Shown here: positions 9,041 through 17,542 of the stretch, one piece after another
Position numbering within the stretch: position 1 is the first letter of the stretch
Layout: every line of letters starts with the position of its first letter
NCBI GenBank assembly: GCA_964510985.1
Contig: CAZEDC010000030.1
Location: 1,920-65,919 of the forward strand
Length of the DNA: 64,000 nucleotides
Source: an uncultured Dehalococcoidia bacterium
GTDB taxonomy: Bacteria; Chloroflexota; Dehalococcoidia; Lucifugimonadales; CAZEDC01
Direction of reading: 5' to 3'
Translations under genes and position numbers: made by a program
The notes under the pieces: model-generated
Seen by the model: only the letters and a program-made list of their open reading frames with translations
Databases searched by the model: none
Told to the model about the DNA's origin: nothing

Positions 9041-10495
9041 TCAGCGGTCGTCGGACTCGAACGTCATCTTGAGCATGGCGTCTCCGTCATTGGTCACCCT
9101 GGCCCAGTCGGCGATCCGCCATCCCACCACCCAGGCGATGCCTCTGGGCGAGACCACCAGCGGTACGCGGTCCCGCCACGAGCGCGGTACCCGGGAGTCC
9201 ACCATGAAGTCCTGGAGCTTTTTCGCCTGGGCCATCCCCAGTGGCTGGAACCGGTCGCCGGGAGCGCGAGAGCGCAACGACAAACGTCCTCCCAAGTTGT
9301 CGTAGCCAAACCGAGCCGTGTTAGAGTCGGAGGGCTCGTCGGCGGATTTCCGGTGGGCCTGTGGCTCTATCACCTCGGCGGTGACTCGCCACCCGGGAAG
9401 AAAAGTCTCGCCGGGGACGTTCAGGCCGTGCTCGCCCTCCAGGGGCGGCAGCTGGCACCGCTCGGCGTCCAGCGGTGCCAGTGTGGCCTCGGCGTAGCCT
9501 ACGTCGAACAGCATACTGCCGGGCAGGTCCAACGTCCTGCCGGCCGGTCCGGCCATGAGGCGGACCATGTCCTCGACATGGTTCTGCTCCAGGTCCTCGA
9601 CATCGCCCCTGGAGGCCTGCACGGCCCTGCGCAGGACGTAGTGCTGGAGGGCCGGGTCCAAGCCGGAGAAGGCGCCCCGGTCTATGGTTGCCATCTTCTC
9701 GTCCACGCGCACAGTCTGGTCCCAGGTCTTGTCGGTCTCGCTTTCCATGTACGCCAGGTCCCTGGCCGCGGACCGGGACAGCCGCACCAGGGCGTCGCGG
9801 ATGGCGGGATTGTACTGCTCCAGCAAGGGGAGCAGCTCCAGCCTGACCCGGTTGCGGCCCAGGGCGGTCGACAGGTTGGACTCGTCGGTCCGGGGCTCCA
9901 GCTTCAGCGCCTCGCAGTAGTCCACGGTCTCCCGGCGGGCTACACCGAGCAACGGGCGTACCAATACCACAGACCGGCCGCCGATGGTGCGTCGGGTGAG
10001 GGGTTCCATCCCGCGGAGGCCGGTCAGGCCGGCGCCCCGCAGGAGGTGCATCAGGACGGTCTCGGCCTGGTCGTCGGAAGTGTGCCCCACGGCCACGGCG
10101 TCGGCGCCGCATCTGGCGGCGACCCTGGCCAGGAAGTCGTACCTCAGTTCCCTGGCGGCCTCTTCCAGCGAGAGGCGGCGTGCTCTGCGGACCGAGGCCA
10201 CGTCGGCCGCCTCCAGATCGGACTCAATTCCGAGGCCGTGGAAGGTCTCGGCTACGAAACGGGCGTCGGCGTCCGACGCATCGCCCCTCAGGCCGTGGTC
10301 CAGGTGCGCCCCGTGGAGGCGCAGATCCAGGGTCTCTCGCAGGTGGTGGACGGCATGGAGCAAGGCCAGCGAGTCCGGCCCGCCCGACACGGCGACGACC
10401 AGGAGTTTCCCGGGTGCCATGCCGGTCTGCTCCAGCGCCCGGCGTACCTGTCGATTTACACCGGCGATGGTTTTCTGTTCGATGTTCTGTGCCAC
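9041..10495 (-). CDS. tilS: tRNA(Ile)-lysidine synthase
   Basis: VAVSGGPDS, DHGLR, EEAARELRY, GHTSDDQAET, RPLL, DESN, RNRVR; C-terminal GDRF..G..KKLQD. Confidence 0.97.
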   Translation of the reverse strand: MAQNIEQKTIAGVNRQVRRALEQTGMAPGKLLVVAVSGGPDSLALLHAVHHLRETLDLRLHGAHLDHGLRGDASDADARFVAETFHGLGIESDLEAADVASVRRARRLSLEEAARELRYDFLARVAARCGADAVAVGHTSDDQAETVLMHLLRGAGLTGLRGMEPLTRRTIGGRSVVLVRPLLGVARRETVDYCEALKLEPRTDESNLSTALGRNRVRLELLPLLEQYNPAIRDALVRLSRSAARDLAYMESETDKTWDQTVRVDEKMATIDRGAFSGLDPALQHYVLRRAVQASRGDVEDLEQNHVEDMVRLMAGPAGRTLDLPGSMLFDVGYAEATLAPLDAERCQLPPLEGEHGLNVPGETFLPGWRVTAEVIEPQAHRKSADEPSDSNTARFGYDNLGGRLSLRSRAPGDRFQPLGMAQAKKLQDFMVDSRVPRSWRDRVPLVVSPRGIAWVVGWRIADWARVTNDGDAMLKMTFESDDR

Positions 10496-10499
10496 GTGA

Positions 10500-11120
10500 T
10501 TAGTCGGTCCGTCTCAGAGACCGGAGGTGCCATGTCTCGTTGAGGGAGGCCAGCGACACCTGGGAGTCCGAGAGATCCAACCGCGAGACGGAGCCAAGGT
10601 CCTGCTTTAGTCGCCGCCCGTGGTGGAGGGACATTTCCAGCACCCGGCAGATAACGGTCTGAATAGTGAAGTTGTGGGTGACCGCCACCACGGTGTCACC
10701 CGCGTGCCTGCTCATAAGATCGGTTACGACCGCCCAGGCCCGCTGCTGCACCTGGGACAGCGACTCGCCGCCTGGCATCTGCGTGGAGCCCGAGTCCTGG
10801 CTCCAGTGCTCGGCGAACTCGGAGTAGCGTTGTCTCATCTCCTCGCCGGTGAGGCCTTCCAGATCTCCGGCGTCCGCCTCTCGCAGACCGCTCAGCGTGG
10901 TAAGGGGCACCCGTAATGTCTCGGAGACGACAACCGCCGTCTCGAGGGCCCGTGCGACCGGACTGGAGTACAGCGCGAAGGGCAGGTCGGCCTCCAGGTA
11001 CCCGGCGAGGGCGTGGGCCTGGGCATTTCCGGTGGCGTTCAGCGGAGTACCGCCGAGCCCCTGGATCTGCCCGTCTTTATTTAGCTGGGTCTCACCGTGT
11101 CGTGCCAGTATCAGTCTCAA
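10500..11120 (-). CDS. Histidine phosphatase (phosphoglycerate mutase family)
   Basis: LARHGET, SSPVARA, GGES, VTH, LNETWHL. Confidence 0.9.
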   Translation of the reverse strand: MRLILARHGETQLNKDGQIQGLGGTPLNATGNAQAHALAGYLEADLPFALYSSPVARALETAVVVSETLRVPLTTLSGLREADAGDLEGLTGEEMRQRYSEFAEHWSQDSGSTQMPGGESLSQVQQRAWAVVTDLMSRHAGDTVVAVTHNFTIQTVICRVLEMSLHHGRRLKQDLGSVSRLDLSDSQVSLASLNETWHLRSLRRTD

Positions 11121-12396
11121 CCGTTGTACCGCCTTCAGTCGGTCCGGTCTTGGTCACCCTGATGGTCTCAATCTTGAGGCCCTTCATCTCGACGATCTCG
11201 ATCTTCAGGGTGCCGTATTCGAGCTGCTCCCGCTCGGAGGGGATGCGACCCAGGACGTCCAGTACAAAGCCGGCAATGGTCTCGAAGTGTCCTTCCGGCA
11301 GGGTGATGCCCAGCTCCTCGTTGGCCTCATCGAGGCTCATCCCTCCGTCCACCATGTAGGTGTTTTTATCGATGGCCTCGTACTCTTCCTCCGGGCCTGT
11401 GCCCTCCTCACCGACCGGTCCGACCACCTCCTCCGACAGCCGCTTAAGTGTGACCAGTCCGGCGAGGCCGCCGTACTCATCGGCCACCATGGCCATCTGG
11501 TTGCCGGACCGCCTCAGCTCATCGAACAGCTCGGCGATGCGCTTGGTCTCGGGCACGAAGTAGGAGTCCCGTATCACATCCGTGACTGAGTCATTATAGT
11601 CGATGCCCCTGGTCGCCATGGCTTTGAGGATATCCTTGGCCGAGATGATGCCGATGATGTTGTCCGCAGAGCCCTTGTACACGGGAAATCGGGTGTGGGG
11701 AGAGTTGCCGTATATCTCCAGGAACTCACCCAGCGTGGAGCCACGTTCGACCGCCACCATCTCGGTACGGGGTGTTATCACCTCCCGCACCTCCCTGTCG
11801 CCGAAGCGGAATACGTTCTCCAGCATCTCAGCCTCGGCGGGTTCGAAGGTACCCTCAGCCTCGCCGATGTCGATGAGGGTCCTGAACTCCCCTTCGGTGA
11901 TGGACGCGATGGAGCCCGGCCCACCGAAGAGGGCGCTGGCTCGCCGGCTGGCCCACTGGAGGACGAACACCAGTGGCAGTATCAGGGTCTCTACCCACTT
12001 GAGAGGGCGGGCGTAGAAAAAGGCGACACCCTCCGCGTGACGGACCGCGACGCTCTTGGGGATGGTCTCGCCGACAATCAACAGGGCTATGGTGCCGACT
12101 ACGGTCGCCACGATGACACCCCGACCCTCTCCCAGGCGAGTCGTGATCATCACGGTGACCAGAGCGGTGAAGGCCACGTTGACCAGGTTGTTGCCCAGAA
12201 GGATCGTGGCAAGCAGCCGCTCCGGCTGCTTGATCATACCGGCGACCCTCGCCGCACCAGGGACGTCGGTTGTCACAAGATGAGTGATGCGGGCCTTCTG
12301 AAGCGACAGGAACGCCGCCTCCGAGCTGGAGAAGAAGGCTGAGAACAGCAGAAAGACCAGACTCAGAATTATTCCTACCGATTCTCCCTCGGTCAT
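11092..12396 (-). CDS. CNNM/DUF21-CBS-CorC domain membrane protein (hemolysin-like)
   Basis: SAFFSSSEAA, LLGNNLVN, GETIPK, HTRFPV, DEYGG, ETIAG. Confidence 0.92.
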   Translation of the reverse strand: MTEGESVGIILSLVFLLFSAFFSSSEAAFLSLQKARITHLVTTDVPGAARVAGMIKQPERLLATILLGNNLVNVAFTALVTVMITTRLGEGRGVIVATVVGTIALLIVGETIPKSVAVRHAEGVAFFYARPLKWVETLILPLVFVLQWASRRASALFGGPGSIASITEGEFRTLIDIGEAEGTFEPAEAEMLENVFRFGDREVREVITPRTEMVAVERGSTLGEFLEIYGNSPHTRFPVYKGSADNIIGIISAKDILKAMATRGIDYNDSVTDVIRDSYFVPETKRIAELFDELRRSGNQMAMVADEYGGLAGLVTLKRLSEEVVGPVGEEGTGPEEEYEAIDKNTYMVDGGMSLDEANEELGITLPEGHFETIAGFVLDVLGRIPSEREQLEYGTLKIEIVEMKGLKIETIRVTKTGPTEGGTTVETDTGTTR

Positions 12397-12505
12397 GTTG
12401 GTTCCTCCGTCGACCGGCCTAATCGGCCCGGCCGCGTTCTTGATGCCGTGCTAGGTGGTTTTCTTTGGCCAACGTCTTGGGATGCGTGACGCTGGGGTGC
12501 CGCGA

Positions 12506-13009
12506 CTAATGGTCCTCGTCCTCACAGGAAGCGCTGCGCCCGCCTCCGCGACGCTCGTCCAGGAGGCGGGCGATGGTCTGTCGTGTGACCGAGCTACTGA
12601 AGCCCCGGCGCTGAAGATAGCCCCACAGCCTTCGCCGGTAGGTCGAAAGGTCGGCCCGCTCCAGCCTGCGGGCGTGTTTGAGTCCGGCGCGGTAGGCGCT
12701 GTCCATGTCGTCGAGGTCGTCCACCGTACTCTGGGCCAGGTCTCCGGCGACCCCCTTGGAGATAAGCTCTCTCTTGATGGCCGTGGCGCTGCGGGGGTTG
12801 AATGAGTCGCGGCTGTCCCGCCACAGCTTTGCGAAGCTGCTGTCGTCCACCAGGGACCGCTCGGTCAGGTCGTCGATGACCCGGTCGACCACGTCTGCGG
12901 GAAAGGAGCGCCGCAGGCGGGTGCGGACCTCTTCCTTGCTCCGAGGCCTGTGGGACAGGAAGCGAAGGGCGGCGGCGGTGGCTCGTTGATGGGGCTCGGT
13001 GTCGTTCAT
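12506..13009 (-). CDS. recX: Regulatory protein RecX
   Basis: ALRFLSHRPRS.EEVR, LVDD..FA, IKREL..KG, YLQRRGF; downstream of recA. Confidence 0.9.
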   Translation of the reverse strand: MNDTEPHQRATAAALRFLSHRPRSKEEVRTRLRRSFPADVVDRVIDDLTERSLVDDSSFAKLWRDSRDSFNPRSATAIKRELISKGVAGDLAQSTVDDLDDMDSAYRAGLKHARRLERADLSTYRRRLWGYLQRRGFSSSVTRQTIARLLDERRGGGRSASCEDEDH

Positions 13010-13115
13010 CGAAGGCCGAGATGACCTTGGACGGCTACGGAATGACGTGTCCTGGCGGATACGTATAAATGGGGCATCGGTGAAGAGGCCATGGGAAGAA
13101 AGAAGGGTTCGCCGC

Positions 13116-14168
13116 CTACTTGGATTTCTCGGTGGAAGCAACGACCGCCGGCTCGGTCTCCGATTGAGCGGCATCAGGCTCTTCGACTGTGTCTCCCTTG
13201 ATCAGGCGCTCTATCTGCCGGGCTACGTCCTGGTTCTCCCGCAGGAACGCCTTGGAGTTCTCACGCCCCTGGCCGAGCCGGACATCGCCAAAGGAATAGA
13301 AAGAGCCACTCTTGGTCGTTATGCCCATGTCAGCGGACAGGTCGACAAGGTCGCCCTCTTTGCTAATGCCCTCATTGAACATGATGTCGAACTCGGCGAC
13401 ACGGAAGGGCGGCGCGACCTTATTTTTGATGACTCGGGCCCGCACGCGGCTCCCGATTATCTCGGTGCCCTGCTTGATGGACTCGATCCGACGCAGGTCG
13501 ATGCGGACGGAGCTGTAGAACTTCAGTGCCCTGCCCCCCGGGGTCACCTCGGGGTTGCCGAAGAACACCCCCACCTTCTCTCGTAGCTGGTTGATGAAGA
13601 CTACCGAGGTGTTGGAGCGGCTGATGGCCGAAGTCAGCTTGCGGAGGGCCTGGGACATGATCCGGGCCTGTAGTCCGACGTGGGTATCACCCATGTCGCC
13701 CTCCAGCTCGGCCTTTGGAACCAGGGCGGCCACGCTGTCAATAATAACCACATCCAGGGCGCCGCTGCGCACCAGGTACTCGCAGATCTCCAGTCCCTGC
13801 TCGGCGGAATCGGGCTGGGATATCAGAAGCTCATCGACGTTGACGCCGCATTTGCCCGCATAGCTGGGGTCCAGGGCGTGCTCGGCGTCGATGTAGGCGG
13901 CCGTGCCGCCGGCGATCTGGGACTCGGACATGACATGGTAGGCGAGTGTGGACTTGCCCGAGGCCTCGGCGCCGAAGACCTCGGTGACTCGCCCTTTGGG
14001 GATTCCGCCGATCCCCAGAGCCAGGTCCAGAGAGATGGATCCGGTGGGGATGGCCTCGACCCGGGCGCCCTGCATGGCCTGGCCCAGCCGCATGACCGCG
14101 CCGCGGCCGAAGTGGCGGTCGATCTGCCCGATGGCAAGTTCCAGGGCCTTGGCTTTCTCGGTGGTCAT
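13116..14168 (-). CDS. recA: Recombinase A
   Basis: [47 protein letters not shown]. Confidence 0.99.
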   Translation of the reverse strand: MTTEKAKALELAIGQIDRHFGRGAVMRLGQAMQGARVEAIPTGSISLDLALGIGGIPKGRVTEVFGAEASGKSTLAYHVMSESQIAGGTAAYIDAEHALDPSYAGKCGVNVDELLISQPDSAEQGLEICEYLVRSGALDVVIIDSVAALVPKAELEGDMGDTHVGLQARIMSQALRKLTSAISRSNTSVVFINQLREKVGVFFGNPEVTPGGRALKFYSSVRIDLRRIESIKQGTEIIGSRVRARVIKNKVAPPFRVAEFDIMFNEGISKEGDLVDLSADMGITTKSGSFYSFGDVRLGQGRENSKAFLRENQDVARQIERLIKGDTVEEPDAAQSETEPAVVASTEKSK

Positions 14169-14366
14169 TTCACTGCTCCGGCCACCCGAGCGGATGGCTG
14201 TACGCTGTTTCAATCTGTCACGCGGCCCGTGTCACCGGTTCCGACGGCTGATTCATCATATCATGGCCGTATTCCCGGTACAAGACCGGTCCCGGTGCAC
14301 GAAACTGCGGTTTTGTACCGGGTCCCGGTTCGGAGTGCGGTCTAATCACCTGCTACGGGCGGCGCC

Positions 14367-14406
14367 ATTCTACCAGGTCTGCACCCATATGTAAACATAT
14401 GTTCTA
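14367..14406 (-). promoter_or_regulatory. recA promoter with LexA (SOS) box
   Basis: Minus strand TAGAAC-ATAT-GTTTA (14392-14406) fits GAAC-N4-GTTY; extended -10 TGgTAGAAT at 14367-14375. Confidence 0.75.
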
Positions 14407-14594
14407 ATCCCGTCGTAGGTACAAGCCCCAAGGCGCAGAGACGGGCAGGCCATAGTCACGGTTCCGTGCGTCTACGGGTCGAGCGGGATTCCGGCGGGTG
14501 ATCGAAACGGCATGGAGTTACAGTCGCTTTACAAGCGATTTCCCAAGGCGTCGTTTTGACCCACGGCAGACCTGGGACGTGACATCGCCTGGTT

Positions 14595-15071
14595 CTAAGT
14601 TTTCCGCACGGTCACCCGGGTGTTCCTGATCTGGTCAGCGTGCTCCAGCATATGGTTGATAACCAGGGACCTGAACCCCTCTTCGGCAGTTCCTCGATCT
14701 GTCCTGGTGCCCAGCGTGTTGGGATCGAGAATTCGAAGAAAACCTCTTGCGGAGCTGTTAGCCTCCCAAAGTCGTCGCAGGATCTTGTCTATATTGTCTT
14801 TGCCGTGGGCTTCTACCTCTGCCGTGCGGCGCTCGACCTCTGCTTCCACACGTTGAAGCTTCGGAATTCGTACGATGTCGGCGATCTTCTCAAGCCAAAG
14901 CGGCTCCATTTCGATTACATGGGCGCATAGCTCTGCTACCGTCCACTCGTTCTCTGCCGGCGCGGTGTGGAGCTCTGAATCCGGTATGTCCTCCAGTGCG
15001 TTGAATATCTCCCGTTGGGCGTCTTCCAGGTCCTGTACGAGGCTATCAACCGACGCGTGGCTGGTGTTCAT
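14595..15071 (-). CDS. DinB/YfiT family protein
   Basis: EWTVAELCAHV and C-terminal HMLEHADQI metal-binding His pattern; RBS GGAGG. Confidence 0.8.
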   Translation of the reverse strand: MNTSHASVDSLVQDLEDAQREIFNALEDIPDSELHTAPAENEWTVAELCAHVIEMEPLWLEKIADIVRIPKLQRVEAEVERRTAEVEAHGKDNIDKILRRLWEANSSARGFLRILDPNTLGTRTDRGTAEEGFRSLVINHMLEHADQIRNTRVTVRKT

Positions 15072-15307
15072 TCTACATAAACCTCCCTTTTAGATATCAG
15101 GATACAGGTTCTAGTCGAAGCGAAGGCAGGTGGCAAATCCGCTTTCCCACGGTCAAGCTCCTGTACATCTCGTAGCCATGGTCTGGACATTATGATCCCG
15201 GAGGTTCTCGTCCGCGTATTCTTTTAGCGTCTCGATGGTACTCCATACTACGTCTAGGAGGCCAGATAGCAAGACCGACGGGAAAAAGGTAGTGAATCTC
15301 GGCCAAT

Positions 15308-15859
15308 TCAGCGTTCCGTGGCCGAAGCTCTCCACTCGCTTTCAAGTAGGCCATAGAGTAGAGTGTCCCACCAGCGCCCCTTGAAGTACTCGTACTCTCG
15401 CAGCCGGAATTCCTGCCGCAGTCCCACCCGCTCCAGCACCCCGGCGGAAGCTGTGTTGTCGGCGATGCACCAGGATGAGATGCGGTCCAGTCTCAACTCA
15501 CTGAACCCGAACTCGACTACGGCCAGGGCGGCCTCGGTGGCATAGCCACGTCCCCAGTGTTCGGGCGCCAGCTCATACCCGATGTCAGCCTCCCGGTCGT
15601 TATCCTCCTTGCGGCGGATGCCGCAACTGCCGATCAGGCGCCCATCGTCCGGCAAAGCGACGGCGAACTGGAACCTGCGGCGCGGACGCTCGTCTTGCCA
15701 GTCCAGAAACGTTTGCACGAAGTCCCGCGCCTGGTTCTCCGTACGTTCGGTCCACGGGTAGTAGCGAAGGTAACGCGGGTCGCGCTGGTAGGCCAGAACG
15801 TCTTGCCAGTCGTCAAATACGAACTCCCGTAGGATGAGCCGTTCCGTGGTTATGCGCAT
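15308..15859 (-). CDS. GNAT N-acetyltransferase (RimJ/RimL type)
   Basis: TERLILR, IGYEL..EHWGRGYATEA, NTAS..VLERVG. Confidence 0.9.
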   Translation of the reverse strand: MRITTERLILREFVFDDWQDVLAYQRDPRYLRYYPWTERTENQARDFVQTFLDWQDERPRRRFQFAVALPDDGRLIGSCGIRRKEDNDREADIGYELAPEHWGRGYATEAALAVVEFGFSELRLDRISSWCIADNTASAGVLERVGLRQEFRLREYEYFKGRWWDTLLYGLLESEWRASATER

Positions 15860-15940
15860 GGCAGTCGGTTGAACCAGGTGTGAAGGATTTCTTTTGCGCG
15901 GTCAACGCCCGGATAGTACCCAGGAATAAGCTACGAATAC

Positions 15941-16321
15941 TCAGCTATCCCACGTGCGGGCGTTTTCTAGGTCGGCATCACTCCAGGTGGGTGCCACACA
16001 GAAAGGCTGGCCAGTGGGATCTTCCATGACCCACCAGCTCTCAATCTGCTCTTTTCTGCGAGCTCCTAGCTTCACCAGTCTCTGCACTTCCGCCTCTAGG
16101 TCGTCGGTCACGATGTCCAGGTGGACTCGGCTCCGGTCTCGCACACGCTGGAGTCTGACGTCCACTGTGACTTCACTCCCTTCGAGGTTCACATACGGGC
16201 TGGTGGGATCATCGCGTTTGAGCGGGACCGTACCAAGCGCCTGGCTCCAGAACCGAACTCCTTTCTCCATGGTGTCCTCACTGCAATCTATCATGATCCC
16301 GATTAGCCGACTACGGTGCAT
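15941..16321 (-). CDS. VOC/glyoxalase-like protein
   Basis: IDC, FWSQALG, RVHLDI, LGA, WWVMEDPTGQPFCV; RBS GAGGAGG. Confidence 0.85.
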   Translation of the reverse strand: MHRSRLIGIMIDCSEDTMEKGVRFWSQALGTVPLKRDDPTSPYVNLEGSEVTVDVRLQRVRDRSRVHLDIVTDDLEAEVQRLVKLGARRKEQIESWWVMEDPTGQPFCVAPTWSDADLENARTWDS

Positions 16322-16434
16322 AGCATCCTCCTCACTAGGAGCGAGATAGCGGTCTTGCCTTGGATTATTCAGCACGCCCGGTCATGTGGCAAGACCCGGT
16401 CTCTATTTGCACTTCTTTTTCCCCTCGAAATGGT

Positions 16435-16480
16435 TTGACCGGGAGGCTAGAAGGGTAGATAATATAGAACAACAGTACTA
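16435..16480 (+). promoter_or_regulatory. sigma70-type promoter with adjacent putative LexA box
   Basis: TTGACC (16435-16440), 17 nt, GATAAT (16458-16463), then TAGAAC-AACA-GTACTA (16465-16480). Confidence 0.6.
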
Positions 16481-16496
16481 TTTTGGGGGCCGAGGA

Positions 16497-16922
16497 TTGC
16501 ACGGCAGGGTCAAGGCGATGGAACTCTGGCGCCGGCACGAGCTTGCCGTTCCGGTGGACCTGAAACGGCTGGCCGAAGAGCTGGGCCTTCAAGTCACGAC
16601 CTTCCCCTTCCGTGGCCGGATCAATGAGATGATCGTCGGCGGCGTCGTGGGCGTCCGGCCCGGGCTTAGCCGCCCCTGGTTCCGCTGGTATATTCCGCAC
16701 GCCATCGGCCACCACATGCTGCACGTGGGCACCAGCTTCTATCTGGAATCTTGGCAGTGGGTCAGTCATGCCAGGGCCGAGCGACAGGCCGAGGAGTTCG
16801 CCGCATGGCTGCTGAGCGGACCCAACGGTGCGCGGTCAACGGCAACCGAGCTGGGGGTGCCGTTGAAAAAGTACCCGCTGATGCTTGAGGACGGGAATGG
16901 GGTCCAGGGCACGGGGCTGTGA
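16497..16922 (+). CDS. ImmA/IrrE (DUF955) family metallopeptidase-like protein with HAxxH instead of HExxH
   Basis: PVDLKRLAEELG, HAIGHHMLH, AERQAEEFAAWLL; start is TTG 16497 or ATG 16518. Confidence 0.8.
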   Translation: MHGRVKAMELWRRHELAVPVDLKRLAEELGLQVTTFPFRGRINEMIVGGVVGVRPGLSRPWFRWYIPHAIGHHMLHVGTSFYLESWQWVSHARAERQAEEFAAWLLSGPNGARSTATELGVPLKKYPLMLEDGNGVQGTGL

Positions 16923-16946
16923 TTAGCCGGCCTGTACCCGAGGGTT

Positions 16947-17315
16947 TTATTCCCCGGCCCCGCGCCTGGTCTTGACGTAGCGGGCGTAGTCTCGGACGGA
17001 CTCCCACTCCTCGTCGGTCAGGTCCTCGATCTCGTTGAGCCGCGCAAGCTGCCCCTCGCCCATGGGGCTCTCGAACTCCTCCGGGGTGATGTAGCCCACC
17101 TCTACGGCCAGTCTGCCGTAGGACAGACCCAGCGCTGAGGACAGCGCCTTCAGCGTCTCCACTGTGGGCCTGAAACGCCCGCTCTCCAGGTGGCCAACAT
17201 ACCCCTGGCTCATCCCCAGCGCCCGTGACAGGTGGCGCTGCGACATGCCCTTCGATCTTCGCGCGCGCCTCACTAGGAACGCCATTGTAGTGAACGGGCG
17301 GTCCGGTGTAGTCAT
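16947..17315 (-). CDS. XRE-family HTH transcriptional regulator
   Basis: RRARRSKGMSQRHLSRALGMSQGYVGHLESGRFRPTVETL. Confidence 0.9.
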   Translation of the reverse strand: MTTPDRPFTTMAFLVRRARRSKGMSQRHLSRALGMSQGYVGHLESGRFRPTVETLKALSSALGLSYGRLAVEVGYITPEEFESPMGEGQLARLNEIEDLTDEEWESVRDYARYVKTRRGAGE

Positions 17316-17542
17316 GGCGTACTCTCGATCTACTGCCTCGGGCGCCGATCCGGTTTTGTCACCTTCATTGTAGCGGAAAGGCGGGGAGGGCGTGGTAAAA
17401 TACCTTCGACAGGCCGATCCTTGCGGCCCCCGGCATACGGGGAGCCGTCGGGTTTGGCCCTTTCGACGTTGGGGCGGGAAGCAGAAAAATCCCGTGTCGG
17501 CGCAGATCTTATATAGATGGTTAGATGTCGGTGGGAGAAAAA

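Noticed and set aside
8750-10543. 597-aa plus-strand ORF, and similar long antisense ORFs over purH, nuoL and E1
   Set aside because: Shadow frames of well-supported genes in GC-rich DNA
15099-15114. Possible SOS half-site (TAGAAC) upstream of the DinB-family gene
   Set aside because: The second half-site is absent (TAGAAC-CTGT-ATCC)
14595-17315. Prophage or ICE suggested by the ImmA/XRE pair
   Set aside because: No integrase, att repeats, replication or structural genes visible
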